DNA of 61,929 bases, filler included, from Basidiobolus ranarum (GCA_040143965.1; 22 parts of 22 records of this genome joined end to end with filler, not necessarily neighbours in it); one strand, 5' to 3'. Positions 36,770 through 50,442 are shown, counted from the first letter of the whole stretch. Notes: generated by a model from the letters alone, not told the origin. Numbers and translations: made by a program.

Positions 36770-37800
36770 ATCTCAAAAATGTACACAATTATTGACTTGG
36801 AAAAGAAAGTAAAGCAGAAAAAGAAGTACTCAAGGAGCAGGAAGTTTGTAAACCTAAGGAAAAGCAAAGGAGGCAGTGAGTTTAGGCTCTGCTGTCCCAC
36901 TTACAAAATTCTTCACACCATTACAAAGATCTGCATTTCCAGTGTCAGAAATACTGACAAAAAAGCTTAATTTCAACATGGAACCAGGTACACCAGTTGG
37001 AAAAGTGCTAAAATTGGAAGTTTATTCAACACCTGGCACCTCTCAACAAGTTAAAACACCAGCAAGTAAAACTCACACCTCTCCAACCTCAACTGGTGCT
37101 TTTCAAAGTGTTGAAATTAGCTCCAAAGTTAAAGGCAAGCAAAAAGCTGCACAAACACTACAAAGCACTCTCAGTAGTGCCACACTACAAGGATGTACAA
37201 AAATAGTCAAAGTGCTTGAGGAGTATTTTCAAAAGTATGAAGGGAAAAACACAGTGCAAGTATGCAGAAAGTAGCTTCAGAAGAAAACAATCAGCTTGAC
37301 ATTCAGTCTGGTGTTGACCATGCAGATATCTGAGAAGAAGTTACTACAGAGTGGCACATTATTGTAGGGTATCTGCCAGATAGCTGGACAAATGTAGATT
37401 CAGCAACAATAATGCAATGGTAGGCTTTGATAGAGATATTGATACAAACTTGTGTTGGGTATGAGCTAAACCTTGGGTGTGAAGAACTCTATAAAAATAT
37501 TCAGGAGAATATATCAACAAGATTAGGGATTTCAAAGGTGACAAACAAGCATTCAAGTTGTAATTGTACACAATTTGAGTTTTGTTTTTTGCACATGTAT
37601 TGATCCATGGTTCTCAGAGATTATAGCCAATCATGTGCAACTATTTTGTGAGATCTTGAAATTTCATGCCTGAGACTGAAAAATTGATTAAAATAAAATC
37701 TAACTTGACAATTTTATGATAGTAAGTAAACTGTCAATCCCAAATGGATTAAAATTTTGACGGTTTTTCTACAACAACAATCCTCAAGTTTCTGTTAGGG
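36770..37800 (-). mobile_element. CACTA left arm ending in terminus at 37800
   Basis: Ends TCCTCAAGTTTCTGTTAGGG, the reverse complement of the 6927/9863 terminus. Confidence 0.82.
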
Positions 37801-38122
37801 GATACCTTTTTATGTAGAGTGGATTATCAGCCTAAAGAAGGGGATGAGTTCTTTGGCCAACAAAATACTTCCCTACTGGAGCCCCACCAACTTCAAATTA
37901 GTGCAACTGCTCTTTCTTTTCCAAGTTCACACACATTCAACAAGTACATCTGCCAACTTCAATCTGAAGACCCATTGGTAATATGAATCAAGAAAGCCTG
38001 GGATACACCCAAAGGCCTCTCAAGCTGAACATGTACTGCCACAATCCATAATCAATGATCACTTGTTTTATAAGGAGCACCTTTATATTCCTGACCATAC
38101 TTCCAGACTCAAAATCATGCTG
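37801..38122 (+). mobile_element. Ty3/Gypsy RNase H-integrase linker relic
   Basis: DYQPKEGDEFFGQQNTSLL..LVYKEHLYIPD..RLKIM; homologous to 8490-8690. Confidence 0.65.
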
Positions 38123-39195
38123 TAAATGGTTGAGGTATATTCTCCACCACTATCAGTATGTATTTTCATTATTTTAGTTCCAGTTTCAGTCACCGCAAGT
38201 GTTGTAAAATTACTAAAGATAGAGAGAGATTCTTCTTTTTTTTCTGCAAAGTAGACCTAAGTGTATCTTGTATATTCCTCAATAATTGTTATATGATATT
38301 ATTTTCTGCCTAAAGATAAATTTTGCATAAGACCACACAAATTTGTATGAATTAGATCCAAGTTTTTGGCCAATTTGTTTAAATCAGAGTTCTTGGATGG
38401 TTGCCTGGCTGGTTTTCCACATATACAAGCCTCACAAATTTCCAATTTGGTTAGGGGGGGTTAATTTGAATTCCAGAAATTAGGCGATTTTTGATCATTT
38501 TGCTCAAATAATCCAATTCAATATGGCCAAATCCCTTATGCCATAATCAGATAGTTTCTTGAATGGAGAAATTTATATTTAAGCATAGAACTCTTTCATT
38601 ATATATAAACTTGTGTACATTCTCATCCTTTTCTTCTTATACCAAATCATTCCCTTTATCATCAGTTATGGTGCATCCTGAATTATCAAACTTGAATTTA
38701 AGCCCTTCTGAGGTGGCCTTGCATACAGATATTGTATTCTTTGTAATATCTGGAACTTGTAGTACATCCTTAAAAGTATACACTTTCTCTTCAGAACCTC
38801 AGTTAAATTGACTTGCATTGTACCCATTCCAACAACATCCAATTTGTGGTGATCCCCACAAAAGCCTTTTGAATTAGGATTTCTTCATATTTCACAAACC
38901 AATGTTTTTCATTTGTGAAATGTTGGGAAGCCGAAGAATCAATATACCATATCTGGGAATCCTTGTTGAAAGTCATAGATATAGCAGATATGAACAAATG
39001 ATCTTCTGTAGTAACCAAATTTCCAGATTCAGTACATTTTTCCCCTTTTGCAATTGATTTAAAGCAAACTTTGCTTAAATTTCCAGTTCTTTTATGTTAA
39101 TCATAGAATGTGTTACTTTTTTTCTCAAAGTTCTTTTGACCTTTGTAGGAAGATTTCACATAGCCTATTAAAGTTTTTTCTTCATTTTGTCCAGT
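38123..39195 (-). mobile_element. Copia family B gag-PR-INT fragment
   Basis: WYIDSSASQHFT protease active-site region; homologous to 22739-23430 and 47400-47871. Confidence 0.88.
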
Positions 39196-39425
39196 CTAGT
39201 TTGTGGTTTATTTGTATCTACAGTCTCTTCTTCAGATTTGGAGCCTTCACTTACTGGGTCAACTAGCTATTGCTGCTGGCATGCAGCTCTACATGTCAAC
39301 TTGGATTGTCTCACTTGAGGTTTGTGCTTGACAGTTATTGCTTCTTCAACCACAGTGGAATCTTCATCTCTCAACTGGCAGTGCCCACAGTTGCATGGCA
39401 GTACATGTTGGAGTGAGTTGTCTAC
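39196..39425 (-). repeat. Copy of the 114-bp tandem repeat family
   Basis: Reverse complement shares CTCCAACATGTACTGCCATGCAACTG..GAGATGAAG..ACTGTGGTTGAAGA..AAACCTCAAG with 41938-42241. Confidence 0.75.
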
Positions 39426-39609
39426 NNNNNNNNNNNNNNNNNNNNNNNNNNNNNNNNNNNNNNNNNNNNTTAATTAATTAANNNNNNNNNNNNNNNNNNN
39501 NNNNNNNNNNNNNNNNNNNNNNNNNATGAGAATACAATATAGCATCAGAAGCACCAGTAACATTGATTCCAGTGGAATCTAATCTACAAACAGCTCTCAT
39601 GAAAACTTA

Positions 39610-40883
39610 TCGAAGTGGAATTTCTACATAAACAACAAACCAATGTTTTTCATTTCTCAATCTTGGAAGGCTCCAGAATCAATATACTATATCTGCTAAT
39701 CTTTGTTGGTAGTTGTAGATAAAGTATATACAAACAAGTTATATCTGTTGTAGTTGCATTTTCAGATTCAGTAACTTTCTATTCTATTATAATTCTTATA
39801 ATGGCATCTTGGTTCAAATGGGGAGTTATTTTAAAGTAATTGCAACATTGGTAGCCTTTCTTCTCTAAGTACTTGTGATTTTTATAGTAAGGTTTCCCAT
39901 AACCTATCATAACATTTTCTGCTTTCTTTTAGCTTGAATCTAATTTGCATAAATATTCATCCAGGATTCCACCAAAGACACAATTTAAGGTTAGGTTTTT
40001 AGTTCTTGATATTAATGCCATCATTAGGCTATGAAACCTGTGTAACTGGCTATTCAGGACTGTAAATATGATTGTTAGATCAGTATTAGGTATTTTAATG
40101 CATTACACTTCATTCATCAACATAATGACTTGGCTAATCAATTAGTGTATGTCTTCTCTTCATTGTATCTTTAAGCTAAAGAATTGCTCCTTAGAAACGT
40201 CTTGTTAGTAACAGAATATGTTTGAAAATGTCTTCCAAGGTCCTCAAAACCTTCTTAGCAGTTGTGGCTCTTTAATGTCAAAATAGCAATTTGTCTTTAA
40301 TATAAGGACAAATTTTGTCAAAGACACTTGGTTCTTTTTTAACCCGGAGTAAAGCTCTGGTTTCAGATGGTTTTGCATTGTTTTCTTTGCCTGCAATAAG
40401 AGCCCAAAGTCTTTTTGCTTGCAGCAGGATTTTCATTTAGTTTTCTAATCTTGATAACTGTCTCCATCCCATTTTGCAAAGAAGGAAAGGTTGCAGAAAC
40501 TTGAAAAGCAGATATTACAAAGAGTGTAAGCTTGCAGATCATAATCTTTTAAATTATTTGGGAACCTGTTGGCAGTGATATCAAAAATTAGAGAAATCGG
40601 TGATTTTTATTTCTTGATTTATGGAGCAAAAAGTTGACACTTAAAGTTTTGTCAAGATGCAAAAAAACTAATATGGAGTGTATTAAAGAAAGTGTTAGGA
40701 ACACATGTGAAAAGTGTGGGGCTTTTTTGAAAGATCTATACTTATGAGAACTACCAAGCTGGTTAGAATATTCTGAGTAAATTCCAATTGAGAATAATGG
40801 GTAATATCTTAGTGAAATATAAGATAACTAAGTACTAAGCAGTGTGTAGCTATAAAGGTGCTCTGCCACTGCTAGTTTCAACA
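39610..40883 (-). mobile_element. Diverged Copia family B gag, decayed PBS and 5' LTR (40547-40883)
   Basis: Homologous along its length to 59889-61166. Confidence 0.82.
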
Positions 40884-41937
40884 TCTGTGAAGGTGGTATC
40901 TCAGCTATATCCAATCAATATTATCAGCTGCTCTCAGATGGTGTTACCAATAATTCATTAGGGAACTTACAAGATGTTACCAATTAAAGATGGCAATTTT
41001 GGCCCAATATTATATTTTTCAATGCAATGTCATTGGGTTTAGTGAGCACCTAAATAATTCAATACCATTGACAAAATATCTCCAATCTAAATCAAAATTG
41101 GCTTCCAAGTAAAAGCCTGCATACAGAAATAAAAAGAAACCAGCAAGAATAGAAGACTTAATAAATGAGCAGTCTGATAATTCAACATCCACCTTGTAAG
41201 GCATTGACATGCTGGGAACTAACATTAGTAACAACAAAGCATTACTCAATATGCCAGCTATATTCCTTTCTACCAATAGTGAAAGTCAAGAGATTACAAT
41301 CCCACATATACTTAGCATATTAATAGTTGATGCAAGTTCAATAGAAACACTGTTAAAGCTGCCAACTTCCAATATCCCTACTTCAATTATTAAACAGTGC
41401 TACACTTATAATTTTGACTGAATCATCATGACCAGGGAATATGAGGCAGATAACAGTAATGATCTACATGATAATATAAGTAAATACTACAAAGTTGCTA
41501 TACAGGCCATGACAAGTGATACTGCATCAGTATTGACACTAATGGAGCATTCTGAAGCAACTAGTATCAGTTTGAGAGTGACTCAACAATGCTACAAGAC
41601 CTTCAAAATGCTGTACTTGAGCTACAGTAACATGCAACTCCCTCCATCCATTCTCATATGGTATTTTAATCAATCTTACACCATACATATGAATATCACT
41701 GTGACAAGCTAGCAGAGCAGAATATGTGTTTGACCATCAAGCCTACATAACAATCCAAAATTGTTTGGCTACATGACAGTAGAAATCTGATAGGAAAACC
41801 AGCAAACCAACTGACTCCAAATGTCAGAGCTACTCTCATTTGCGCTGATTGTGAATGTTTTAACATTGTGGAAACTATGTGGAATCTTGCCCAAAATGAC
41901 CATGATTTGAGCCAAATGTGGAAAACCCCAAGATCAT
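40884..41937 (-). mobile_element. Diverged CACTA accessory-ORF region
   Basis: Reverse-complement homologue of 7340-8389. Confidence 0.75.
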
Positions 41938-42241
41938 AAACCTCAAGATAGGTGACTTGCTCCAACACATACAGCCATGTCACCAAAGGAATGGCCAGTC
42001 AGAAGAGATGAAGCTTTGACTGTGGTTGAAAAAGTAATAGCAACCAAACACAAATCACAAGGTGGTTAACTTGCTCCAACATGTACTGCCATGCAACTGC
42101 AGCCACAGCCAGTCAAAAGAGATGAAGCTTCTACTGTGGTTGAAGAGGCAAGAACTGCCAAATTCAAACCTCAAGGTAGGTGACTTGCTCCAATGCATGC
42201 TGCCATGTGACCACAGCCATGGCCAGCCAAATGAGATAAAG
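41938..42241 (+). repeat. 114-bp tandem repeat, about 2.7 units to the contig end
   Basis: Units start at 41938, 42052 and 42166 (AAACCTCAAG..GACTTGCTCCAA..GAGATGAAGCTT..ACTGTGGTTGAA). Confidence 0.85.
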
Positions 42242-42341
42242 NNNNNNNNNNNNNNNNNNNNNNNNNNNNNNNNNNNNNNNNNNNNTTAATTAATTAANNN
42301 NNNNNNNNNNNNNNNNNNNNNNNNNNNNNNNNNNNNNNNNN

Positions 42342-42824
42342 AATGGATGTAAAAACAGCCTTTCTAAATGGAAATCTAGAAGAAGAGATCTATATGGAGC
42401 AACCAGATGGATTTATTGACCCAAAACATCCTGATATGGTCTGCAAACTGTAAAAATCCCTATATATACAAAAGCAAGCACCCAGGGCATGGTACTACAA
42501 GTTAGATACCTATGTGAAATCACTAAAATTTCAAAAGTGCATAGAAGATCACAGTTTACACATCAAACCACCCGGAAATAGGAACCTTATCTTGGTGCTT
42601 TATGGGGACAAGTTGATCATAGCCATAAATGATCTAGAAACACTTAATCAGACAGAAAAATGCTTACCAAACAAATTTCAGATGCCTGATATGGGTGATT
42701 TAAATTATTTTCTTTGAATCCAAATCAAAAGAGATACATCCAATGAGAAAATCATGCTGAATCAGTCTAGATACATACTAGCTATCCTTAAATGCAGCAG
42801 CATGGAGAACAGCCAGCCTGTACC
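42342..42824 (+). mobile_element. Copia family A RT fragment
   Basis: [32 protein letters not shown]. Confidence 0.92.
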
Positions 42825-44990
42825 TGATTAAAGTGTTGGGGGGATTTGAAAGTGCATTGGACAAGATTTAGATTTTTGAATTAAACACTTAAGTTTTATT
42901 GAGTTGAATAAATCATATTCTTAGTTTACTATATATTAGGGTAATTGGACATGCCTAGATCATAACACAAATGCCTGTTAAGCTTGGGTTAAATTTGAGG
43001 TGATTGGGAAAAGATGGGAGAAAATAGTCAAAATTGGTACAAGTGATCTAATTGATGTTTCTATCAATTGGAGCAGTAAACACATATCTTTGAATGGTGG
43101 AATGGAGTGCTAAATACTCAGAATATGAATAAACTAACTATTAAATAAGAAGTTGCTATTTACCAAATTTCAGCATTCCCACTCAACAAATTTTTTTGTA
43201 TTTCTCTTGAACCTGACTTATATCTTAATAATTCAAGTTGTGCTTCAGCTAAAGGTTTGGTCAAGATGTCAGCAATTATTTTTTTGGTAGGGCAATAGAT
43301 AAGCTCAATTATATCATTTTCTATTGCTTCACTAATTAAATGATACCTAATACCTATATGTTTTATTCTAACATGTAATGCAAGGTTTTTAACTAAAGAA
43401 ATACAACTCAAATTATCTTCAAATACAGTGCTAGCATGTTTTTGCATGTATCCTAAGTCTGTACATAATGTCCTTAGCCACACAGCCTCTTGTGGTAGTG
43501 GAGGCAGCCATATCCTCTGCTTCTGTAGTGGAAAGTGCTATGGTTGGTTGTTTCTTGCTATTCCAAGTTATATCTTGATGACCAAACATAAAAGTATACC
43601 CAGTTGTTGATCTTATGTGATCCAGGTTTCTTCCCTGGTCTGCATCACTATAGCCTTAAAGATCTTGTGCTTCAGGAATGGCCAAGTAATCCCAAACTGG
43701 CTCTACAGTTCTCCTCAAATACCTGAATAATAGTTCTACTGCAGTTCTGTGCTCAGAACCTGGATTTTCAAGATATTGCCTAATAGTTCCCACTGTCACA
43801 GTAATATTTGGATGTGTTCCAAGCATTGTGTACATAAAACCACCTGCCATTGATTGTTTAGGAAACTCCTGGCTTCAATTTGAATTATTTTGAGCCAAAT
43901 TGGATGCAGTTTTGATTAATCTCATGTTGAGATCCATTGGTATTGATACAGGCTTGCTATTCTTCATGTTCAAGCATTTCAGGATGTCTATGATGGATCT
44001 AGACAGAGTCAGCATGCTTTTCTGATTAGGTTTTTTTCTCTTTGTTAGGATTCTAAGAAAAGAACTTAATTCACCCATATCAGCCATCAGTTATTGGTTT
44101 GAAAACCTGCTTTTCATCTGAAAATGTAGCAAAGATCTTGAAATCTCCACTATGGTCCTATTGGGTCCATTCTGCAACTCCATTTTGCTGTGGGTTGGAT
44201 GCTAAAGTAGTTTGGTACTAAATTCCATGTTTATAACAAAAATTAACAAAGTTTTTAGAGCAGTATTCTCAACCATTATCACTCCTTTGTACTCTTATTT
44301 TTGTTCTGTTTCTTTCTCTACCATTGCTTTTTAATGCCTGAATGTAGCAAAGGCTTCACATTTTCCTTTGAGAAACAGTACTCAAGTGTATCTTGTTTTG
44401 TCATGAGTAAAGGTCGTAATTTACCTTTTGCCACCTAGTGAGATGTTCTTCATAAGCCCACGTAGGTTCAAATAAATCAAGGCAAAACCATGAGTGGATT
44501 GGATCTCTCCAGAGCTTGAAAATGGCTGTCTGTGATGCTTTCCATATATGCAAAATTCACTCAGATTCAATATAGTGATATTTTCAATATATAAGCCTGA
44601 AACAAGCTCATTGTGGATTATTTTGATCAGTTTTTTTCCCAATGTGGCCTAATCTTCTATGCCACATTTAAAAGCTGATTTCACCAGTTTTGGCCAGGTT
44701 TGTGTACTCAGTATGCAATTTGATGATTTCTAGCTTGTGTATGTTTTGAGTTTTGATCGCAGTAGCAAATTTGGTAGTATTCTGATCTGTGATAGTGCAT
44801 CTAGCTTTGCTGCACATGAAATTTAGTCGTTGAGTTGTTACTTGGCTTACTGAGATTAGATTCTTGGCTATATTTGGTATATTGGGTACATCATCCAATT
44901 TTGCAGATGGTGTAGCTGAATTTTGGGCAAAGTAGAGCCCAACTGTGCCCATACCAACTGCATTTAGCACATAGTCCTCACCAAACTCAC
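42825..44990 (-). mobile_element. Internally deleted Copia family A element with 3' LTR (42825-43175), inserted in the preceding copy
   Basis: PR and INT join directly to late RT at ~44130; RNase H (FEDNLSCI..ADILTKPL); TTGAGTGGGAA precedes the LTR. Confidence 0.9.
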
Positions 44991-45157
44991 CGGTTGATGT
45001 TTGGACTGGCTTTATGCTAGCAAACAAATTTGCTAGTTTGACATGGGCTGCAAAGCCNNNNNNNNNNNNNNNNNNNNNNNNNNNNNNNNNNNNNNNNNNN
45101 NTTAATTAATTAANNNNNNNNNNNNNNNNNNNNNNNNNNNNNNNNNNNNNNNNNNNN

Positions 45158-47349
45158 CGTCTTAAAGTTTTGATGAAATCACCCAAATATAGATCATTGA
45201 TCCAATACCAAAGTACTCACCGTAAAGCTGATGGTATTACCAATATACTTGATGGATATCACTACCAGAATCTGAAAAGTCAAGGTTTCTTTGAGAACAC
45301 ATATGATCATGCATTTGCATTGGCTGTGGAGGGTTTCTTACAAAACAAATACACCATTGAAAGGGCTTGGTGGCCAATAAATTTAGTTAGCTTGAATCTT
45401 CCTCCTTCTGAATGGTATAAGAGAAATAGGATTCTGATACTATCCATCATATTTGGACCTAAATCACCAGTGCATATTGATAGCTTGTTGGAGCCTTTGA
45501 TTGTGGAATTTGAATGGTTATCTAATGGGGTTTAGGTGGGTGAATACTTTATTAAAGCTAATATCAATGTATGTATTGGTGACACTCCCGCCATCAGCAA
45601 ACTTGGAGGTTTATGCAAGCAGAAGGCACTCCCTTGCTATAGATTTTGTCAAATCAATGAAGTCTGCTCTATCATGCATACATTTTACTACTATCCAAGT
45701 ACAAAGCTAAACTCCATGATTTTACCATTAAGAAGCCAGTCAGATTTCAACCTGATAACTGATATCAATTCACCAAATATTCAGTCTAACATCAAATTTG
45801 GTTTTAACCATAAGCCTAAGATTGTATTGCTAAAGGGGATCAGCTGGAGCCAGAGCTTCCCAATAGGCACCATGCACTTACTATTCAACAATATTCTAAT
45901 ACTACTTACTCAGCTATATAGTGGAAAATTCAATATGAATTAACTGTTCAAGATAGGTTCAAAGTTTGAAACAATTGGGAAAATGCTTGAAAATGTCAAG
46001 ATGCCATCATATTTTACCAGGACTTCCATCAATATCCACTCATCTAGGCATTTATTCCAATGCAAAGACTAGAAGTATTTGATTTGTATATATTCAAGTG
46101 GAATTGTGAAAAGATTTTGGCCTGACAAATATTGGCAACATTGGGAGTTGGTTGTGGACTTTGTTAATATATTCTTACAGCATCAACTCACATTGGCAGA
46201 TCTCAGGCAGATACAGCAGCTGTGCAAAGATTTTGTGATTGGGCATGAAAAACTTTATTGCAGGTTTAAAGAAGATAGACTGAATTTATGTTAGTATTTA
46301 ATACATTCCCTGCTGCATCTTTCACAATGCTTAGAGATTATAGGCCCTTGCTATACATTTGGGGAGTTCCCAATGGAGTGCACCTGTGATGAAATAATAC
46401 TCTGTGTGAAATCATCAGTATTACCATATGCTAATCTGATTAAAAATGTATCAGCAAAATCAGTGATGGATGTAATGCAATGGGTTCAGAAGACTAAAGA
46501 GTATATTAACCTTTCTACAAAGGGCTCTTTTCAATGTGCTCATGGGTGTTTGTATTGTTTGAGCATAATAACAGCAACAATGCCCAATCCATGGACACAG
46601 AGTAAGTACCTCTATAATATGAACTAATTTGTTTGTGTAATAATCTGATGGTATTTTTAGGAAAGCTGCAAGACAGACTTCTTAGTGAGAAAGATTGAGA
46701 TATGCAGTATTATCATTTTGGCCATGCAGTAATCTATTCTAGCAATGACACATCTACTTGTGGCAGGACATATGTTGACTTCAAGTTGGGGATAAATTGG
46801 CTGAATTCTTTATGGAAGCTTGGCAAAATCCAGGAGCTTATTTTCATTGTGAATAGTAACAAGAGTCAGGTATTTACCAAGTATCAGTGCTATTCAAAAT
46901 TTCAGATGTTTAGCAATTTTTCCACCATTAGTCTGATGGTAAAGCATATTGATGTTATTGAGTTATGTTTGATCAGTCACATATGGGCATATGTAGAGAC
47001 TAAACACATTGAGATTCTAGTATTTTTGACTCTCATTATAGCTGGAATACAAAGCCAAAAATATATAAATAAAGGCATGCATATTAATATGAATTACTAC
47101 AGCAGTAAACCCAGTGTTTTGCCATTTGAAAACTATATTTTTGCAAAAGTTGCCAGAAGTTAATAATGCATGCCAAGTTTGAGGATCTATATTTTAACCA
47201 GTATGAATACCATCAAAATATCATCAAGAAACCACCATTAAAATCCCTGGCAGAATGCAAGCCACCAATATTATGACAGTTCTCTGATGGATTTGCACTT
47301 TAGAATGGTGGATCCAATCCAGATCATATGAATTTTATTTTTGCTAGGG
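45158..47349 (+). mobile_element. Longest CACTA/En-Spm transposase pseudogene with right terminus
   Basis: Transposase_21-type ALAVEGF..WWPINLVSLNLPPSEWYK..ILILSIIFGPKSP.HIDSLLEPLIVEF..GV..GDTPAISKL, then DUF4218-type HSLLHL..GPC...EFPME; ends TTTTTGCTAGGG. Confidence 0.92.
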
Positions 47350-47871
47350 GATATTTCAGGGTGAAGATTTATGCAAATTGGGATCCAACCAAAAGAAGGA
47401 AGAAAACGCTTTAATAGGCTGTGGAAAATCTTCTCATAAAAGCACTTTGAGAAGAAAAGTAACACATTCTGTGATTACTGTAAAAGAACTGGCCATTTAA
47501 GGAAAGACTGCTTCAAAAGAATTGCAAAAGAAGAAAAACATACTGAATCTGGAAATGTGGTTACAACAGAAGGTCACTTGTTCATATCTGCTCTATCTAT
47601 GACTACCAACAAGGATTCTCAGAGGTGGTATATTAATTCTGGAGCTTTCTAACATTTCACAAATGAAAAGCATTGGTTTGTGGAATATGAAGAAATCCCA
47701 ATTAGAAAGGTTTTGATGGGAAATGACCACACATTGGATGTTATTGGAATGGGAACAATTCAAGTCAATTTAACTGGAGCTTCTGAAGCAAAAGTATATA
47801 CTTTTAAGGATGTACTACATGTTCCAGATATTGCCAAGAAGCTAATATCTGTATGCAAGGCCACCTCAGAA
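47350..47871 (+). mobile_element. Copia family B zinc knuckle and protease fragment
   Basis: CDYCKRTGHLRKDC, WYINSGA, DVLHVPDIAKKLISV. Confidence 0.88.
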
Positions 47872-47971
47872 NNNNNNNNNNNNNNNNNNNNNNNNNNNNN
47901 NNNNNNNNNNNNNNNTTAATTAATTAANNNNNNNNNNNNNNNNNNNNNNNNNNNNNNNNNNNNNNNNNNNN

Positions 47972-48769
47972 TGAGCACAATACAGCAACAAAGCCCAATC
48001 CATGGACACAGAGTAAGTACCTCTATAACTTTGACTAATTTATTTGCATGATAATCTGATGGTAATTCTAGGAAAGCAGCAAGACAGACTTCTTGGAGAG
48101 ATAGATCAAGATACACATTATTATTGTTTTAGCCATGGAGTAATCTATTCCAGCAATTACATATCTACTTGTGGCAGGACATTTGTTGACTGCAAGTTGG
48201 CAATATATTGGCTGAATTCTTTATGCAAATTTGCTAAAATCCAAGAACTAATTGTCATTATGAATGATAACAGGAGTCAGCTATTTGCCAAGTGTCAGTG
48301 CTATTCAAAATTTGAGATGTTTAGCAATTTTTCCACCATTAGTTTGCTAGTAATTCATATTGATATTGCTGAGTTATGTCTGATCAGTCTAGTTTGTGCA
48401 TATGAAAAGACTAAACACAACAAGATTCTTGTATTTTTTGATTCTCATTATGGCTAGAATACAAAGCCAAAAATATCTAAATAAAGGTATGCATATTGAT
48501 TTGAATTCCCATGGCAGTTAACCCAGTAATTTGCAATTCAAAGATTAGATGTTTGCAAAAATTGCTGGATATTAAATAAAGTATGCTAAATATGAGGATC
48601 AATATTTTAACATGTTTGAATACCATAATGATACCATCAAGAAGCCACTGCCACACCGTCAAATCTCTGGCAGAATGCAAGTGACCAATATTCTGATGGT
48701 TCTCTGATGGTTTTGCAATCCAGAAGGGTGGATCCAATCCAGATCAAATCAATTTTATTTTTGTTAGGG
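47972..48769 (+). mobile_element. CACTA right arm with terminus
   Basis: Ends ATTTTATTTTTGTTAGGG at 48769. Confidence 0.88.
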
Positions 48770-49362
48770 TCCTTTTCCAGTTCCTTATTGAGACAGAAGG
48801 TCCTATGAGCATGTATGTAAAGTTTTCAGCTTCTAGGGCAAGTTATCATAATTGATATGTCTGCAAACTTCAATGTGAATTCCTCTTGGAAATAGTGGAT
48901 GATATCTTAGGTCAAATTTGGTACAACTAAATGCTAAGCTCTATGGCAATATATATATGTTTAGGCTGTGTTAATTCCAACAATCAATTTGTAGTTACTC
49001 TACTCATGTTCTCAAGCATCACCCAATTCTGGTGCTTAAAACATTTCACCATGGCTCTAATAGATGAGTTTTTTACTAACTTTTACCATTTGATAATAAC
49101 AACTACAAAACATCACAAATTTTTGCCCATGCTGTTGAGAACATCCAAAAAGCTGCATAATATTTGCTAGTATTTTTGCATTACTATAATATTGGATCAA
49201 TTCTCTTTGAGGACTAGCTGGTTACAAGTTCCCACAAAATAGTATTTTTGTTTTATTTGGAAATATTGCTTGTTAATTTGTTACAGTCATAGAAACCAAC
49301 AATTATTGGTAAATATAAATTCAACTGATATTCAGTTTATTGAAGAATTTGCATAAAGGTGA

Positions 49363-50442
49363 TTATAATCGGGCTAACGTCTCATGAGCTTTGGCAAATG
49401 TGTTATTCGATACAGCAGCAATTGTTGATAACTCAAGAGCTAAGCAGAATGAGGCTACAGTCTCTGCAAAAGCCATTTTACGACCCACTCCTAAACAATC
49501 AAGCATTTTTAAGTGTTTCGATTGATCACTATACTGTGTTCCTCCGCCCACTGTACCAACAAGTAGTGACGGAAAGTAGAGTGACATATGCAGATTATCA
49601 TCATCATCGATATCCATGGATAACTGACTCCATGAGCTCTCAGCAATTGAGCCTGCATCTTGGCCGCATGAAAGATACATAGCCGCTAAGATGTTAGTGG
49701 AGTTGATGTTCATTCCTAGAGTACTCGTTCTGATTGAGGATTGCATAGCCTCAATATAGAGTCTGTAAATATCTCTAGGATGGACCTTGAGATACTTGAG
49801 ACATGCATCTTTACTCACAATTCCCCAGCTTCTAACTTTTACTCCACGAGTAGTAAAGGATCTCATAAGAGATAGCTTCTTTTCAGCCGTAGTATTTCCT
49901 TCCACAAAGCTCTTCTCGAATACGAACCTGCTGTTTAATGTTTTGTTGGTCAATAATTCATCACAGACTTTCTGGGTCGCGATAGTAACAATGTTTTGTC
50001 CAGCGGCATCACTAGTAGTATATGTAAGCTCCAAGTGCACAGATCTAGCGAAAACATACGGCTGGATTTTAATGAGTTTCCCATGATTAGTAGTGCTTTC
50101 GGCAATCTTCTTTAATTCAGTAAATTGTTCTTTGATCCAGTCAGCAAATTCTAACGTTAATTTGGTCGAAGACAGCACGAAAACAGGACTCCGAGATATT
50201 TGTTCCTCGTACGCTCTGGCTGATATTCCACCACAAACTTCGAATACCTTCACCCCGCGAGAGCAGGAAGCAACTAGAGTAGCTTCGGTAGTGGCCAATG
50301 GAGCTTTAACTCTTTTTTTCTGGTGAAAACCATATATGGTCAGTGGCGGTGTCACTCCAACTGGTACTTTAGTATATCCTATGAAGTTTTCGATGCGGAC
50401 TTGCTGGTCAGCACTATCGGTATTGGAAGTTGATTCATACAT
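49363..50442 (-). CDS. HMG-CoA reductase, class I catalytic domain only (359 aa, no membrane domain)
   Basis: ENFIG, PLATTEATLVAS, DAAGQNIV, EGNTTAEKK, GQDAGSIAESS, VGTVGGGT and C-terminal AH; intronless; TATATAA about 35 bp upstream. Confidence 0.92.
   Translation of the reverse strand: MYESTSNTDSADQQVRIENFIGYTKVPVGVTPPLTIYGFHQKKRVKAPLATTEATLVASCSRGVKVFEVCGGISARAYEEQISRSPVFVLSSTKLTLEFADWIKEQFTELKKIAESTTNHGKLIKIQPYVFARSVHLELTYTTSDAAGQNIVTIATQKVCDELLTNKTLNSRFVFEKSFVEGNTTAEKKLSLMRSFTTRGVKVRSWGIVSKDACLKYLKVHPRDIYRLYIEAMQSSIRTSTLGMNINSTNILAAMYLSCGQDAGSIAESSWSQLSMDIDDDDNLHMSLYFPSLLVGTVGGGTQYSDQSKHLKMLDCLGVGRKMAFAETVASFCLALELSTIAAVSNNTFAKAHETLARL

Noticed and set aside
112-48769. Classical Neurospora-type RIP
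   Set aside because: CpA and TpG remain abundant in the repeats; the depleted dinucleotide is CpG.
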